DNA of 61,547 nt, filler included. It is 6 parts of 6 records of this genome, joined end to end, with 100 filler letters (N's around TTAATTAATTAA, not from the genome) between each part and the next. Parts side by side here need not be neighbours in the genome. Positions count along the whole stretch, not along the records: positions 14,335 to 26,330 come from SRR2962707_5518; positions 26,431 to 36,629 come from SRR2962707_5527; 4 more parts are not named here. One strand, given 5' to 3'. Made by a program: the position numbers and the translations under genes. The notes beneath the pieces were generated by a model. That model was not told the DNA's origin, searched no databases, and worked only from the letters and a program-made list of their open reading frames with translations. Of the stretch, positions 20,006 to 32,082 are shown piece by piece (within the stretch, counting starts at the first letter, position 1; each line of letters begins with the position of its first letter).

Positions 20006-20070
20006 GTTTAATTAATAAGTAATATTTTGACGAACTTGTATACTAATATATTTTAATAAAAATAATATTC
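20006..20070. other. Very AT-rich 3'-end region between the convergent eukaryotic genes
   Basis: AT-rich island containing AATAAA within otherwise balanced-GC DNA; probable polyadenylation signals. Confidence 0.5.
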
Positions 20071-20124
20071 GTTCTGCTCACCTGGCACAACACGAAGATT
20101 GGGCGCTTTTGGAACGCGTCGTGC

Positions 20125-23100
20125 TTACCAAATCTCCTTTACGCTGGAAATCTTATGCACTTTGCCATCTTGGCAAACGAGGGTTTGCCACGTCAACTCC
20201 GGTAAATCCCCCGTGATGCATCTCTTGAACTTGTCCAAAGGCCTCGACTCTGGAGGCTCGACTCCATTGTCTTGCTCTGGCGGTCGATCGCCCTGGGCAG
20301 TAAATTCCGCCATGAGTGAGAGACCTAAAGGCCGTCGCGCTTCTTCAGTTTGCAGAAGAGCGTCTAGCTCCGCTACGCTTTTCATCGTGTATGGGCCATG
20401 TAACGCTGAAGGATGAAAGTTGACAACAGGAGGCGTATTCCATTGCGGGGATACACCCGGCGGCGGCGCGTAGTCCAACATTCTTAGGGCTGCCTTAACT
20501 CCCTCCAACGTAACACGCACAAATGACTCAAGGTGCGGGAAAGGGACGTCCAAGTTTGTTACGTTTGCGAGCATAGCCGTCGTGGGCGTTGTTGACACCG
20601 ACAACGACGCAATGAGTCCTTCTGCGTGCTCGTCCAATGCAGCACTGAAGCCTTTGCCAGCATTTGTTGTCACATTGAGAGCATTGGGGCTTTTTGAATT
20701 GCTGCGGCTTCGATCGCCGTTGGTCTCCTTGGGGCCTGAACTCCCTGCGCTCGCAATACTGCTTGAACTGCCACTTCGTGATCTGCTCGGTGCAGGAGTG
20801 TTAGTTGGCGTGACCCCGGCCGGCGAAGCGGTGGATAATGATACCGTTGGGGCCGACGCGGGCGTGACGGGTGCCGATGTCCGAAGCTGGGATGTAGCAG
20901 TCGACACGAGCTGCGTCAGGGCGCTGCAGCATGACTTTATCATCTGCAGCTCAAGCCAAAGCGCGCCGGCCATGGGTCCCCCTGGCTCAAAACCGCCGGA
21001 ACTGTCCACTTGATACGTGATGCTTGGTCGCATCAGGCGAAAAATAAGAACATGGTGGAAAAACTTCCGTGTTGCCACTGACCAATGCAACATGAGCCTC
21101 GAAAAGCACGACCCAAACTCGTGGTCTGGCTCTCGCAGTATATTGCGCACACGGGAACCGTAATGCGGCCCGAGCACCGGCAAATGCTTGTACAACCACT
21201 GCAGCATTTTGCACAATATCTGGCTGTTGCGGTGTATAGACGGGTTTAAATACAGCGGGTCACTCTCTGACCGCACCCCCAGAAATTGAGCCTGTTGACC
21301 CTGGAACCGACGCTTTGCGGGATCTACGTGGCCCGCGGATGCCCCCGACAGTGCCATCGGGGAGTCTTTTGCAGGGGTCGCATTTGCAGACGAAGCCGCA
21401 GATGATGATGCAGCTGCATGGACTGGGGCTCCTGGATGCGCAGGCGTGGCTCCATTTCCCAACAAAATCCGGATAGCCTCCAACAGCGTATCCATATCGC
21501 ATACGTGGTCCAGCTTGGGATCAACCCGCAATTTAGGGCGTCCAAGTTCTTCAAACCAGCAGTCCAAGCATTCCAAGAGTGCTGCAACTGCCTGAACATC
21601 ATGAATGTTGCACCTGAAAGCGCAATGCGCAGCATTTATGATTTCACGTTAATCCGGAGCCACGCAACCAACAGTCGACAAACAGCAATGTCTGGCACTA
21701 CTTCAAGCCTAGTGCCAAAGGAGACAATTGCTGGCCACAGCAATGCCTTAATCATGAAGATACGAACTTGCGCAAGACAATGCGGAGAAACACCCCAAGA
21801 TTACTGGCGTCCAGCAACATCCCCCGCGAAAGATGAATCATCCGCTCTGGATAGTCAGCCAAATCGCGAACCTTCATCTCGATCAAAAGAACTTTGAGAA
21901 TCTTTTGGTAGCCTTTAATGGAGTGCAGCAGAAGGCGGCGACGATGCCGAAACGTCGTCGCAGCGATTGTCTCACTGACGTATTCCATGTAGTGGATCCC
22001 GAACAGAAAGAACAGAGTTTGGTACCTGCAAATGTGACATACTGGTAATTGTTGTGCAAAAACGAGTCGCCGTGTTTGTTGCAAATTCTTTTTCAAACAG
22101 CTTTGCAAGGTGGATTTGAGTTTTTTTTCAAAGCAAAAAAGAATACAAGCCCATGCCAGGGGCTGGGCGCACATACTTTTGAAATTGCCGAGTCAGTCTA
22201 GTATATTGTGGGGTGTCTGGATCAAGCAGGGGAAGGCGGATACGACGGGGATCGTCGAATTCATCCTCCAAAATGTCTACGAATGCTGCATATCTAGAGA
22301 TGGCATAGTCAATCAGATACTAAAATCATGTTCGCACGTGGCTATCAAGACACATCCTCAATCATCGGAGGCAAGCGGGCCACAACGTACGGCCGCTTCC
22401 AGTCAAAGTGGTCGCACAGTTGAAGAAACGATCCTGTGCGGCTTCGCTTTCTGTCGTTCCCACCGCCAGCCCGATTGTTGCTGTCAGAATCGCTACCCTC
22501 GTTCAGGCTCGTGCCAGAGAGGAGAAGCAACGAAGAAGAGGTCCTTCTGGTAACATTGATCGTGTCGTCCAGATCAAAGTCAGTGTTGCGCCACTCTGAA
22601 ACGTTGAGACGCATATCCGATCCAGCTGCAGCGTTCTGGGATATTTGAGAAACGGAATTCGCTTCGCCCGCTCCTGTGGTTCCTGAGGCTACCGCCTGAG
22701 GCGGTGGCGGCGGCGGCGCGCCAGCAAATCCGGGCTGGCGGACGGAAATAGCCTGCCACCTTACAATGCTACGCTCATGACTTGGCAGCAAGATTTCACA
22801 CATGCACTCCCCAAAGTCTGGAAATCGGAAAAAAGCCATCACAAGAACCCGACAACAAAAAATCGATCTTTCGCGTGACAAGAAAACAATTCCCTGGTGA
22901 AACAGGCCCAGCACCTTCTTCACTGTCCTCGCTTTGCAAAAACACCCACACACGGCATCGAGCGTTGGCGCCACATGAAAACAAGATAGAAACCCATCAC
23001 AAGCGGTCATTAACGGCATGCTTCAAAGTAATGCAGTCACAAATCCAGCTTCCACAGTATCCAAGCAATCACAACTCACCCATAAGAGTGTAGAACGATC

Positions 23101-26100
23101 TGACAATGTCTTTGGTCGACTCAGATAGCTCGTCGCCCAAACCCCGGCCGGCAGTCTTGGGTAACGACTCCGCCGGAAGTTGAGACTCAGTCAACAGAAA
23201 GGTGTGTGCTCCCAACTCTGGTCGCAAAATAAGAAGGTGCAACACTTCGAAGGCGATATTTCGCGTGACAAGACGCATCTGCGGATTGATCATATGCAGT
23301 ACAACCTGCAGCAGACCAAAGAATAAATCACAAAATGCGTTCAGCAGCCGCGCCTGCTTTGTTTAATATGCCGGGCAACGAGTAGTCTGAGGTCATCTAC
23401 CCTGACCTCCCAAACGTCCAACAACGTTTGCTGCGTGGCCTGCAGCACTGCTAAATTATTCCCGTAGTCAAACGGCTTGGTGATTTCCAAAACAAGCACA
23501 CACGCATACAACAAAAGTGGATCTCAATGATTGCGTTTCACGACCCGGAAAGCACGCTAAACATCGTGTGCAATCTGGCCGCACCTTGAAGCCCCTTGGA
23601 TAGCAGTGGACAGTCACAAGTACATTCTCCCATTCGTTTGCTCCGTACTCAAATACGCAGCCTGATGACAGAAGCAAGTTCTGCGCATTTGCAAAAGCAC
23701 AATTGGACAGGAAGTCACCTTCATATGAGTTCGTTTGTACGGATGAAAACTGTGTCAAAAAGCACGTACCCTCATTTGTTCAAAAGCTTCGTGTACGGCT
23801 CGAGGTTTCGACCGCTGGTCCTTAATTTTGGCTACCATGCGCGTGACATCACGAAGACCACGCACGGAAGGGTGCTCGCCGCCTGAGAGTCGAGGCTCTC
23901 CATGAAGCACTAGTACACTTTGAATGCCAAATTCGGTGTACACGCCTTCACTGGTTTGGCAAAGCTGCAATATGGTACCATGCACATCACAAAATGACAG
24001 TTTCAGAATACCAGCAGCCGCTCAGGATACGTTAACTGTAATGCGCAGAATAGCCGAGTTGAGCATGAAAAACTTTGCAGAACTTACGCGAGGTACGTTG
24101 CCAAGAGCGACTCTTATTCCGAGAACGCACTGTTCGACCCCGTCAAAGTGTAGTGGTAATTCAGCGGCACATACAATCGTGACCCCATCCTTTCGGCTGC
24201 GTCGTGGCCCGCCTTCCGGACTTGCCTCTTGGTTCCCGAAACTATTTTCGCGAACGACAATGTCCTGTGCCAAAGACAAAAGCCTTTCGAACGAAATACT
24301 ACTGCTCGCGACCTGTTCGCAACAAAACCATGTGTTATTCATGCGTGCAAGGGAAGCTGACACGATGATGGTCAATATATCTAGTTGTCAGGTGAATTTC
24401 AGTCAAGGGCAGGTGAACGACCACGCCATTACGCACTAAGGTTTCCGCCCCTTCGGGCTCACTCCGACTTCGTCGCAGGAGCTCGAAGCGCAATGAGCCT
24501 AATTGTGAAAGGTCGAGGAATGATCCTACTTGTGTAATGACCGGCAAGTTAGCGCTCTCGCCGCTGCGCCCGAAGTGACTACCAGCCATCGCTGGGTTGC
24601 TCACAAACTCAGAGATCGCTGATGACCCAACACGTCTTCTGGACAGTGGAGGTGGTGTTGCAGAAGCCGCCAGTGCTGACTCGAGGTTGAGGCGTGATGA
24701 TCCGTCCCCATTGACGGAAGCGTCAGCGTCTAACGAGTCCGATTCCTGACTAGATCCTGAGGGGGGAAGACTATGTTGCCACAAAACTGCCTCAGTGGTG
24801 ACGCCAGTGGCATCGGTCTCTGCTTCGACAGACGCTTCCGACGACTCAACCGTCACACTGGAATCACCGTGCTCGACCAAGCTGTACCGAATACGATACA
24901 AGTAGTTTGCCCACCCACTACTATCGTCGTGCGAAGCTGAGGGCAGAGCCGCAAAGCTCGAGCGATCAGTTTGTGGGCTCGAATGCAATGAAATTTGCTC
25001 AATTTCCTCCACATCTTGCCGCGGTCTTAACGACGGGGACAACGAAATCGCCCCAATACCACCTCCACTACTGTTCCGACGATGATGCCCACTCATTGCT
25101 GTGCTGCCCGCGCGAGCGTTGTTGTCCCTAGCACTACCAGCTTCTGCTTTTTGCGAACTTGCGATAGATTCATCTGAGAATTCACCGCTCCCATCTTGAA
25201 ATCGACTGCTTGCCTGTACCCCCAACGTTGAAGAAACTGAGATCGCCATTTGTGGATCAATGCTGCGGCGCATGCGCGCCGAGCCACGACTGCCAGGATT
25301 TAAAGGGCTGCCGGCGTTGTCGTGCCCACGCGATTTATGTGAGGGGGATGCCATAGACATGGTAGTTTTCGCTACAACCTGGGCGCTACTGCGTTCTGCA
25401 GTGGTGCGGGGATGCGAAGGGAACTCACAAATGAGAGCCTGCATCTGGATGGCCCACTCGGTGTAAATTTTCACACTGGCGGAAAAGGTCAACCGGCCCA
25501 AGCGCTTTCGTGCACTCGGTCGAGGCGACACCAAGCCCAAATCAATGGGCTCCCGTGGCTTGTATTCTGGGTACTTGCACCCGAAGACCGCATGATCATA
25601 CAGTTCAGGTCCAGCGACCATGTGCAGCAGTGGAATGCTCACGTACCCGAGCACCACACGTTTGCGCTTGTGATTTTTCGCGTTCTTTTGCCCCGTCCGT
25701 TCCACTCGCACAATGAAAATGTTGACGCCGACATTGTACGCAGATCGACCATCCGTAGCATCGTCGGCTGTAGCGTCGGAGTTGTAGCCGCCTCGGACCG
25801 CTGCTGCCCCTGCAATTTTGGACCCAGGGCAGAAACGATCCCACATGTAGGCAGCCTTCGCCTGCTGCACTCCGGCGTCAGAACCGCCCACGAACTTGCC
25901 GCCCACCTGCACGTGCAGGCACAGGCTGGCATTGGACCGCCAGGTGAAGTCCTTGAGCCGGAACCCTCTCAGGTCCACAGACACGTAGTCGACTTTCACC
26001 CGCGACAACTCCTCGTGCACCACGTCTGCAAAGCCATCCACCCAGCCGCCGCCGCCGCCGCCGCCCTCGTCTTCAGCTCCCTTGATACCGCTGGCACTCC

Positions 26101-26164
26101 GAGTGCTGCTGCCTCCACGAGCACTCACAGAAGAAGGAGAGAGAGACGAGGCGGAGGTGCCCAT
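20125..26164 (-). CDS. Spliced 1647-aa protein with MGxxxS N-terminus, C2-like region and DUF1765-like C-terminal region
   Basis: Exons 26164-24437, 24312-24088, 23964-23770, 23680-23585, 23475-23407, 23305-23080, 22931-22391, 22293-22177, 22025-21768, 21613-20125. Nine GT-AG introns of 89-154 bp with consistent phases (4944 nt). FCCRVLVMAFFRFP, FDW and LMLHWSVATRKFF..VLIFR recall DUF1765 proteins (from memory, not searched). Confidence 0.7.
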
Positions 26165-26238
26165 GGTGATCTTGAGAGAGTTCCTTCGCTACTCGTTCGG
26201 CTGCTGCTTTTGCAAAGGTTCCCGCAAAGGACTGGTAG

Positions 26239-26330
26239 GTGTGCGTGAATGTGTGTGTGTGTGTGTGCGTGAATGTGAATGCTGGTGGCAGAGGAAGAGC
26301 GGGGAGAGAGAGGGAGAGGGAGAGGGAGAG
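26239..26330. repeat. (GT)n and (GAGAGG)n simple repeats at the contig end
   Basis: gtgtgtgtgt... and agggagagggagagggagag. Confidence 0.85.
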
Positions 26331-26430
26331 NNNNNNNNNNNNNNNNNNNNNNNNNNNNNNNNNNNNNNNNNNNNTTAATTAATTAANNNNNNNNNNNNNN
26401 NNNNNNNNNNNNNNNNNNNNNNNNNNNNNN
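26331..26430. other. Artificial contig linker
   Basis: N44-TTAATTAATTAA-N44. Confidence 0.99.
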
Positions 26431-26891
26431 TCATGCGCACACACCGTGGCGAGCCGGAAATGAACGCCGCGGAGTTCATGAAGCTGGCCAAAGAGGTTTC
26501 CAAACAGGTGGACCTGGACCCGGCGTTCCTCAAGCGCGGTGTCAACGAAGGCTTCTCCGGTGGCGAGAAGAAGCGCAATGAGATTCTTCAGGCGCTGTTG
26601 CTGCAGCCAAAGCTGGCCATTCTGGATGAGACAGACTCAGGGCTCGACATTGATGCCCTGCAGGTGGTTTCCAAGGGCGTAAACGCCCTGCGCGCCGAAG
26701 ATCGTGCCATTCTAATGGTGACTCACTACCAGCGTCTGCTGAACCACATTGTGCCAGACCATGTTCATGTACTGGCCGGTGGCAGGATCGTCAAATCCGG
26801 GGGTCGCGAGCTGGCCCTCGAGCTCGAAGAGCGTGGCTACGGCTGGCTCGGCGTGAAAGACGAAGAAGCCACCCCCAGTGCAGCCAGCTAA
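26431..26891 (+). CDS. sufC: Fe-S assembly ATPase SufC, 3' part
   Basis: [34 protein letters not shown]. Confidence 0.95.
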
Positions 26892-26903
26892 GGAGGCCGT
26901 GGA

Positions 26904-28190
26904 ATGAAACCAGCACCAACCATTTCCAGCGCCTTCCTTGAGCCGGGCGGGCATTCGCTGCCCGAGCCGTTGCTTGAACTGCGCAAACAGCGGGGCACGG
27001 CACTGGTGGATATGCCATTGCCCACCCGCAAAACCGAGAACTGGAAATACTCCAGCCGGCACCTGAAGCTGACCGACGAACTGGCCACCACCCTGCCCGC
27101 AACCGGCAAGGACGGCTGCAGCTTGTCGATTCCCGGTTATCGCGTGGTGTTCCACAACGGCGTGATGATTCCGGAGGCCTCGGACTTTCCGGACCTGGAC
27201 GGCATCCGCATTCAACGCTTCGCCGATCTGGACGATGACGAGGCCGCGGCCCTGGCCGAACGCCTGGACAACACGCTGGACACCCGTGCCGTACAGATGG
27301 CGCGACTGAACTCCGCTCGCTTTGAAGACGGCCTGTACATCCAGCTGGACAAGGAAGCGGTTCTCGATCAGCCGCTGTTCATCGTGCACGAAGTGACCGG
27401 CACAGCTTCCGGCTCGGCGTACCCGCGCATTTATGTGGATGCCGCGCGTCACAGCCAGATTACGGTGGTAGAGGAATACCTCTCCAGTGGCGAGGAGCCG
27501 GTCATGGTGGATACCGTCACCGAGTTTGTACTGGCAGATGGAGCACAGGTCACGAATGTGCGGCTGGTCATGGAAGGCGAAAATGTACAGCACATCGGGG
27601 CTACCGGTGTTCGCCAGGCCGCCAACTCCCGCTTCGAGAGCCACTGCGTGGGCTTCGGCGGACCACTGCGTCGCCATGACCTGCAGGTTCGCCTGGAAGG
27701 CGAAGGCGGTGAGTGCAAACTGAACGGCGTGGTTGTCACCCAGGGCAAACAGCACTACGACAACCATACCTCTATTGAACACGTGGCCGCCCACTGCGAC
27801 AGCGAGGAAACCTATCGCAATATCGCTGCAGACGAGTCCCACGCGGTGTTCAATGGCCGCATCCATATCCACGAGGATGCCCAGAAGTCCAACGCGAACA
27901 TGAACAACAAGAACCTGTTGCTCTCCACCGGCGCCGAAATCGACACCAAGCCCGAGTTGGAGATTTACGCGGACGACGTCAAATGCGCCCATGGCGCAAC
28001 GATCGGCCAGCTCGACAGGATTTCCCTGTTCTATCTGGTATCCCGCGGCATCGGTCGCCGTGAGGCCAATACCCTTTTGACAATGGCCTTCATTAACGAA
28101 CTTGTTGAACAGATTCCGGTTCAGGCGGTCAAAGACGCTGCCCAGCTCCGGCTGAATGAATTTTTCGATCAGACGTTTCAGGAGGCCTGA
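26904..28190 (+). CDS. sufD: Fe-S assembly protein SufD
   Basis: PTRKTENWKY, KPELEIYADDVKCAHGAT, FYLVSRGI. Confidence 0.95.
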   Translation: MKPAPTISSAFLEPGGHSLPEPLLELRKQRGTALVDMPLPTRKTENWKYSSRHLKLTDELATTLPATGKDGCSLSIPGYRVVFHNGVMIPEASDFPDLDGIRIQRFADLDDDEAAALAERLDNTLDTRAVQMARLNSARFEDGLYIQLDKEAVLDQPLFIVHEVTGTASGSAYPRIYVDAARHSQITVVEEYLSSGEEPVMVDTVTEFVLADGAQVTNVRLVMEGENVQHIGATGVRQAANSRFESHCVGFGGPLRRHDLQVRLEGEGGECKLNGVVVTQGKQHYDNHTSIEHVAAHCDSEETYRNIAADESHAVFNGRIHIHEDAQKSNANMNNKNLLLSTGAEIDTKPELEIYADDVKCAHGATIGQLDRISLFYLVSRGIGRREANTLLTMAFINELVEQIPVQAVKDAAQLRLNEFFDQTFQEA

Positions 28191-28196
28191 CCGGTT

Positions 28197-29450
28197 ATGA
28201 CAGACCTTTCCATGGCCAAAAAGGCGGGCACTGCGGCGTTCGACGTCGAGGCCATTCGCCGGGACTTTCCGATTCTTGATCAGCAGATCAACGGCAAGCC
28301 CCTCGTGTATCTGGACAACGGCGCTTCGTCACAGAAGCCCATCGCCGTGCTGGACGCCATGGATCGCTATTACCGGGAAATGCATTCCAACGTCCATCGG
28401 GGCGCCCACACGCTTGGCGACCGCGCCACCAGCGCCTTCGAGGGCGCCCGGGAGAAGGTTCGCGCGTTCCTGAACGCTGACAGCACCCGCGAGATTATCT
28501 GGACCCGTGGCACCACCGAGGCCATCAACGTGGTGGCCAACGGCTTGGCCGGCCGCCTCAAGCCTGGTGACGAAATTCTCGTCAGCCATATGGAACATCA
28601 CGCCAACATCGTGCCCTGGCAGATGGTGGCCGAGCGCACGGGCGCGAAGGTGGTTCCCATCCAGATCACTCCACAGGGTGAATTGGATCTGGACTCGTTC
28701 AATAGTTTGCTGGGCGACCGCACCCGGGTACTGGCACTGACGCACGTGTCCAACGTCCTGGGCACGGTGAACCCGATTGCACCGCTGATTGAGCAGGCCA
28801 AGGCTCACGGCGTGATCACCGTTATCGACGGCGCACAGGCGGTGCCGCACTTCCAGCCGGACGTACAGGCTCTGGGCTGTGATTTCTACGTGTTCTCGTC
28901 CCACAAGCTGTTCGGCCCGACGGGCGTTGGCGTGCTGTACGGCAAGGCCCAGTTGCTGGAAGAAATGCCCCCGTTCCAGGGTGGCGGTGAAATGATTGAG
29001 CGGGTGTCGTTCGAGCGCACCACCTGGAACGTGCTGCCTTACAAGTTCGAGGCCGGCACACCGCCGGTTGCCGAGGCCATCGGCCTGGGCGCGGCCATTG
29101 ATTATCTGGGCAACCTGGATCGCAATGGCATGGAAGCGTCGGAAAACGCGCTTCTCACCCGCGCCAACGAACTGGTCGAGTCGGTCCCGGGCATGGAAAT
29201 CATCGGTACGGCCAGCCAAAAGGTGCCGGTCATGTCCTTTAAAATCTCCGGCCTGCACCCCAGTGATATAGGAACACTGCTGGATCAGCAGGGCATCGCG
29301 ATTCGCACTGGCCACCACTGCGCCATGCCGCTGATGGACTTTTACGGGGTTCCCGGTACAGCCCGGGCGTCCTTTGCGTTTTACAATACGCTGGAGGAAG
29401 TGGAACAATTATTCACTGCCCTGCAGAAAATCCAGCGTCTGTTTGCCTGA
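28197..29450 (+). CDS. sufS: Cysteine desulfurase SufS
   Basis: YLDNGASSQKP, SSHK, RTGHHCA. Confidence 0.95.
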   Translation: MTDLSMAKKAGTAAFDVEAIRRDFPILDQQINGKPLVYLDNGASSQKPIAVLDAMDRYYREMHSNVHRGAHTLGDRATSAFEGAREKVRAFLNADSTREIIWTRGTTEAINVVANGLAGRLKPGDEILVSHMEHHANIVPWQMVAERTGAKVVPIQITPQGELDLDSFNSLLGDRTRVLALTHVSNVLGTVNPIAPLIEQAKAHGVITVIDGAQAVPHFQPDVQALGCDFYVFSSHKLFGPTGVGVLYGKAQLLEEMPPFQGGGEMIERVSFERTTWNVLPYKFEAGTPPVAEAIGLGAAIDYLGNLDRNGMEASENALLTRANELVESVPGMEIIGTASQKVPVMSFKISGLHPSDIGTLLDQQGIAIRTGHHCAMPLMDFYGVPGTARASFAFYNTLEEVEQLFTALQKIQRLFA

Positions 29451-29463
29451 TGGAGGTGGAAAT

Positions 29464-29817
29464 ATGACAGCCGAAGTCTTCACACCAACCGTGGCGGTCA
29501 CCATGACCCCGACAGCGGTGAAACACGTACGCAAACAACTGGACAAGAAGCCTGAGGCGAAAGGTATCCGCCTGGCGATCAAGAAAAGCGGCTGTTCCGG
29601 CTTCAAGTATGAAACCCAGTGGGTGGAAGAAGCCGCAGCGGACGACAAGGTTTTTCACATCGACGGTGTGGACGTCTTTGTAAAGGAAGAGCACCTGCCT
29701 CTGGTGAACGGCATTGAAATTGATTTTGTGACCGAAGGGGTGAACTCCCTGTTCCAGTTCCGGAATCCGAATGCGACGGCAGAGTGCGGTTGTGGCGAGA
29801 GCTTTACAGTCGCCTGA
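29464..29817 (+). CDS. sufA: A-type Fe-S carrier (SufA/IscA)
   Basis: SGCSG and CGCGESF; ATG at 29464 after GGAGG. Confidence 0.9.
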   Translation: MTAEVFTPTVAVTMTPTAVKHVRKQLDKKPEAKGIRLAIKKSGCSGFKYETQWVEEAAADDKVFHIDGVDVFVKEEHLPLVNGIEIDFVTEGVNSLFQFRNPNATAECGCGESFTVA

Positions 29818-29857
29818 ACCCGACAAACCAGATAGCGAATACGAGGCCCATTAAGGC

Positions 29858-30400
29858 ATGCAAGAACGGGAAGTGGTCCTGACCAAACGCGAAGTAGAGG
29901 CGCGCCTGGTGCCCGCCGGAACCGAAATCATGATTCCGTCGGACACCTTCGTCACCATCACACAGTCACTCGGTGGTAGCTTCACCGTGGCCGTGAACGG
30001 CAACCTCGCTCGTATTGAAGGCCACAATGCCGATGCACTGGGCAAGAAGCCCCTTGAAAGCAGCTTCGACACCCCCGAAGACGGTACGGTGAACGAAAAC
30101 CAGGTGTGGGAAGCGATGCGCAACTGCTACGACCCGGAAATTCCGGTCAACGTGGTGGAGCTGGGCCTGATCTACGAGTGTGAAATACAGAATGGCACGG
30201 AAGACGGCAACCATGTGTACGTCAAGATGACACTCACGGCCGCCGGCTGCGGCATGGGCCCGGTGATCACTGAAGACGTCAAGACCAAGCTTGAGCATGT
30301 ACCCAATGTGGACAAGGTGACCGTCGAACTGACCTTCGATCCACCCTGGAACAATGACATGCTCACCGACGAAGCCAAGCTTGAATTGGGGATGCTGTAA
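29858..30400 (+). CDS. sufT: Fe-S assembly protein SufT (DUF59)
   Basis: YDPEIPVNVVELGL, MTLTAAGCGMG, FDPPW. Confidence 0.92.
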   Translation: MQEREVVLTKREVEARLVPAGTEIMIPSDTFVTITQSLGGSFTVAVNGNLARIEGHNADALGKKPLESSFDTPEDGTVNENQVWEAMRNCYDPEIPVNVVELGLIYECEIQNGTEDGNHVYVKMTLTAAGCGMGPVITEDVKTKLEHVPNVDKVTVELTFDPPWNNDMLTDEAKLELGML

Positions 30401-30861
30401 TGACTGCCGCTGAACAGGAGTTTTTGAACAATCCGCTCGGGAAAGACACCACCCTCGAAGACGTCCTCGATGGCTTTGAATTCCTGGACGACTGGGAAGA
30501 GCGTTACGCGTTCATTATCGACCTTGGCAAGCAGCTACCGGCATTTCCGGACGACGAGCGCAGGGAAGAGAATTACGTTCACGGCTGTCAGAGCCAGGTG
30601 TGGCTGATCCATCATTACGATGAGCAAAGTGGCAAGCTGTACCTGCTGATTGACTCTGACGCCATCATCGTTCGCGGCCTTGCCGCCATTATCCTGGTGG
30701 CCCTGAATGGCAAGTCTCCCAGGGACCTGCTGGCCACGGACATCGACGAGCTGTTCGAACAACTGGATCTGTTCCGCCACATCTCGCCCACACGGGGCAA
30801 CGGCCTGAGAGCCATGGTTGGCAAGATCCGGGATGTGGCTGCGGAAACCGCCGCAGCCTGA
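30400..30861 (+). CDS. sufE: SufE family sulfur acceptor
   Basis: WEERY..IIDLG, GCQSQVW, DSDAIIVRGL, SPTRGNGL. Confidence 0.92.
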   Translation: MTAAEQEFLNNPLGKDTTLEDVLDGFEFLDDWEERYAFIIDLGKQLPAFPDDERREENYVHGCQSQVWLIHHYDEQSGKLYLLIDSDAIIVRGLAAIILVALNGKSPRDLLATDIDELFEQLDLFRHISPTRGNGLRAMVGKIRDVAAETAAA

Positions 30862-30871
30862 TTGAGCAGCC

Positions 30872-32068
30872 CTACCAGACAATAGCCACGTCATCCCGCT
30901 GTATATTGATCAGCCCGCCAAAGACAGGAATGCTGCCGTTACTGAAATCCGGGTGAACGTTGTTCACTGTCATGGTGGCGCGGCTGTCCACCAGTTCCGG
31001 GGTCGCCCCGGGTGAATCGAAGAAACTGGCACTGCGATAGAGTTTCAGCTCATCCCCCGGGCGCAAGCCTGCCGTGGCTCCGGAATCCAGCGTGACCTTG
31101 TTGCCGTCGACTCTCGTCACCCGCGTGATGAATGGCTGACAAGCAAGCGCATCATTGACCGCAGACACCATGTTGTTCATCAATCCCGCAACAGCCTGTC
31201 CGTACTCGGTTTCCCGGAAACCCGCCGACCCGAACCCATCAGAAGACCCCGGCCCAGCATTCCAACGTGCCTCCGCCGAAAACCGCTCCTGATAGACAGG
31301 TGCGCCGCTGAAGCCGTCATAAACCATCATGTCCACCACAAACCGCCGGTTCTGGTTCGCCGCACCAATGCCCCGTTGCAGGCGGTCGATAACAGAACTT
31401 CCCCAGGCGTCCGGATCAGACACGCCAACATCACGGATGACACCGGTAACCACAAACTGCACCCCAAGCTCGCGAGCCACCTGGATCACGTTGCTCAATC
31501 GATTGTTGAATTTCTGGTGCGTTGGGGCATTAAGCAGGTCATCAAACAGGCGCTGGGTGGTCGCACCAAAAACCTGGAGTTGGCCACCACTCTGTAGATC
31601 TGCCTGCAACAATTGCGGCAAGACTTCGCCGGCATCCCCTATGCGCCCTATCCGGGCCTGATCCGGATACACCATGGGGAAACCGGTCACGGCCACGCGC
31701 TTTCTCAACTCTGCGGCATCGCCGGCCTGGCACTGGCCGCCGGCCGACATGTCGGCGCGAACCGTGACACGTAACAAATTGCCCCGCCGGTACTCGTCCA
31801 CCACTTCAACGGACTTTGCCCGCGCCGACGAGGCAACCTGTAGGCGGGATTCCGTCACCACACCGTTTTCCATGGTGTCGCGGCTACTGATCCTGGCTTC
31901 ATACTGCAGGGAAACATCCCTTAACGCCGCCTTCTTAGCCTCCTGCCGTGCGCTGTCGACGTCATCGTTGTAAATGGTGGCGTGGCCGACGCCCTCCAGC
32001 ACCACTGCCTGGGCACCGCCACACGCAATTACCAACAGTGCTGTGACAACGGAAATAGCCAGCTTCAT
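30872..32068 (-). CDS. flgT: Flagellar assembly protein T (FlgT-like)
   Basis: Signal peptide; G.A.I...D...AR..A...AL N-terminal domain; T.YG, L.CQP and G...GL..GD C-terminal motifs; follows an flgP-like gene. Confidence 0.75.
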   Translation of the reverse strand: MKLAISVVTALLVIACGGAQAVVLEGVGHATIYNDDVDSARQEAKKAALRDVSLQYEARISSRDTMENGVVTESRLQVASSARAKSVEVVDEYRRGNLLRVTVRADMSAGGQCQAGDAAELRKRVAVTGFPMVYPDQARIGRIGDAGEVLPQLLQADLQSGGQLQVFGATTQRLFDDLLNAPTHQKFNNRLSNVIQVARELGVQFVVTGVIRDVGVSDPDAWGSSVIDRLQRGIGAANQNRRFVVDMMVYDGFSGAPVYQERFSAEARWNAGPGSSDGFGSAGFRETEYGQAVAGLMNNMVSAVNDALACQPFITRVTRVDGNKVTLDSGATAGLRPGDELKLYRSASFFDSPGATPELVDSRATMTVNNVHPDFSNGSIPVFGGLINIQRDDVAIVW

Positions 32069-32082
32069 GGGAAATCGTTCTC

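Noticed and set aside
26431..30861. suf operon with sufT and sufE as a novel system
   Set aside because: A known Fe-S assembly arrangement.
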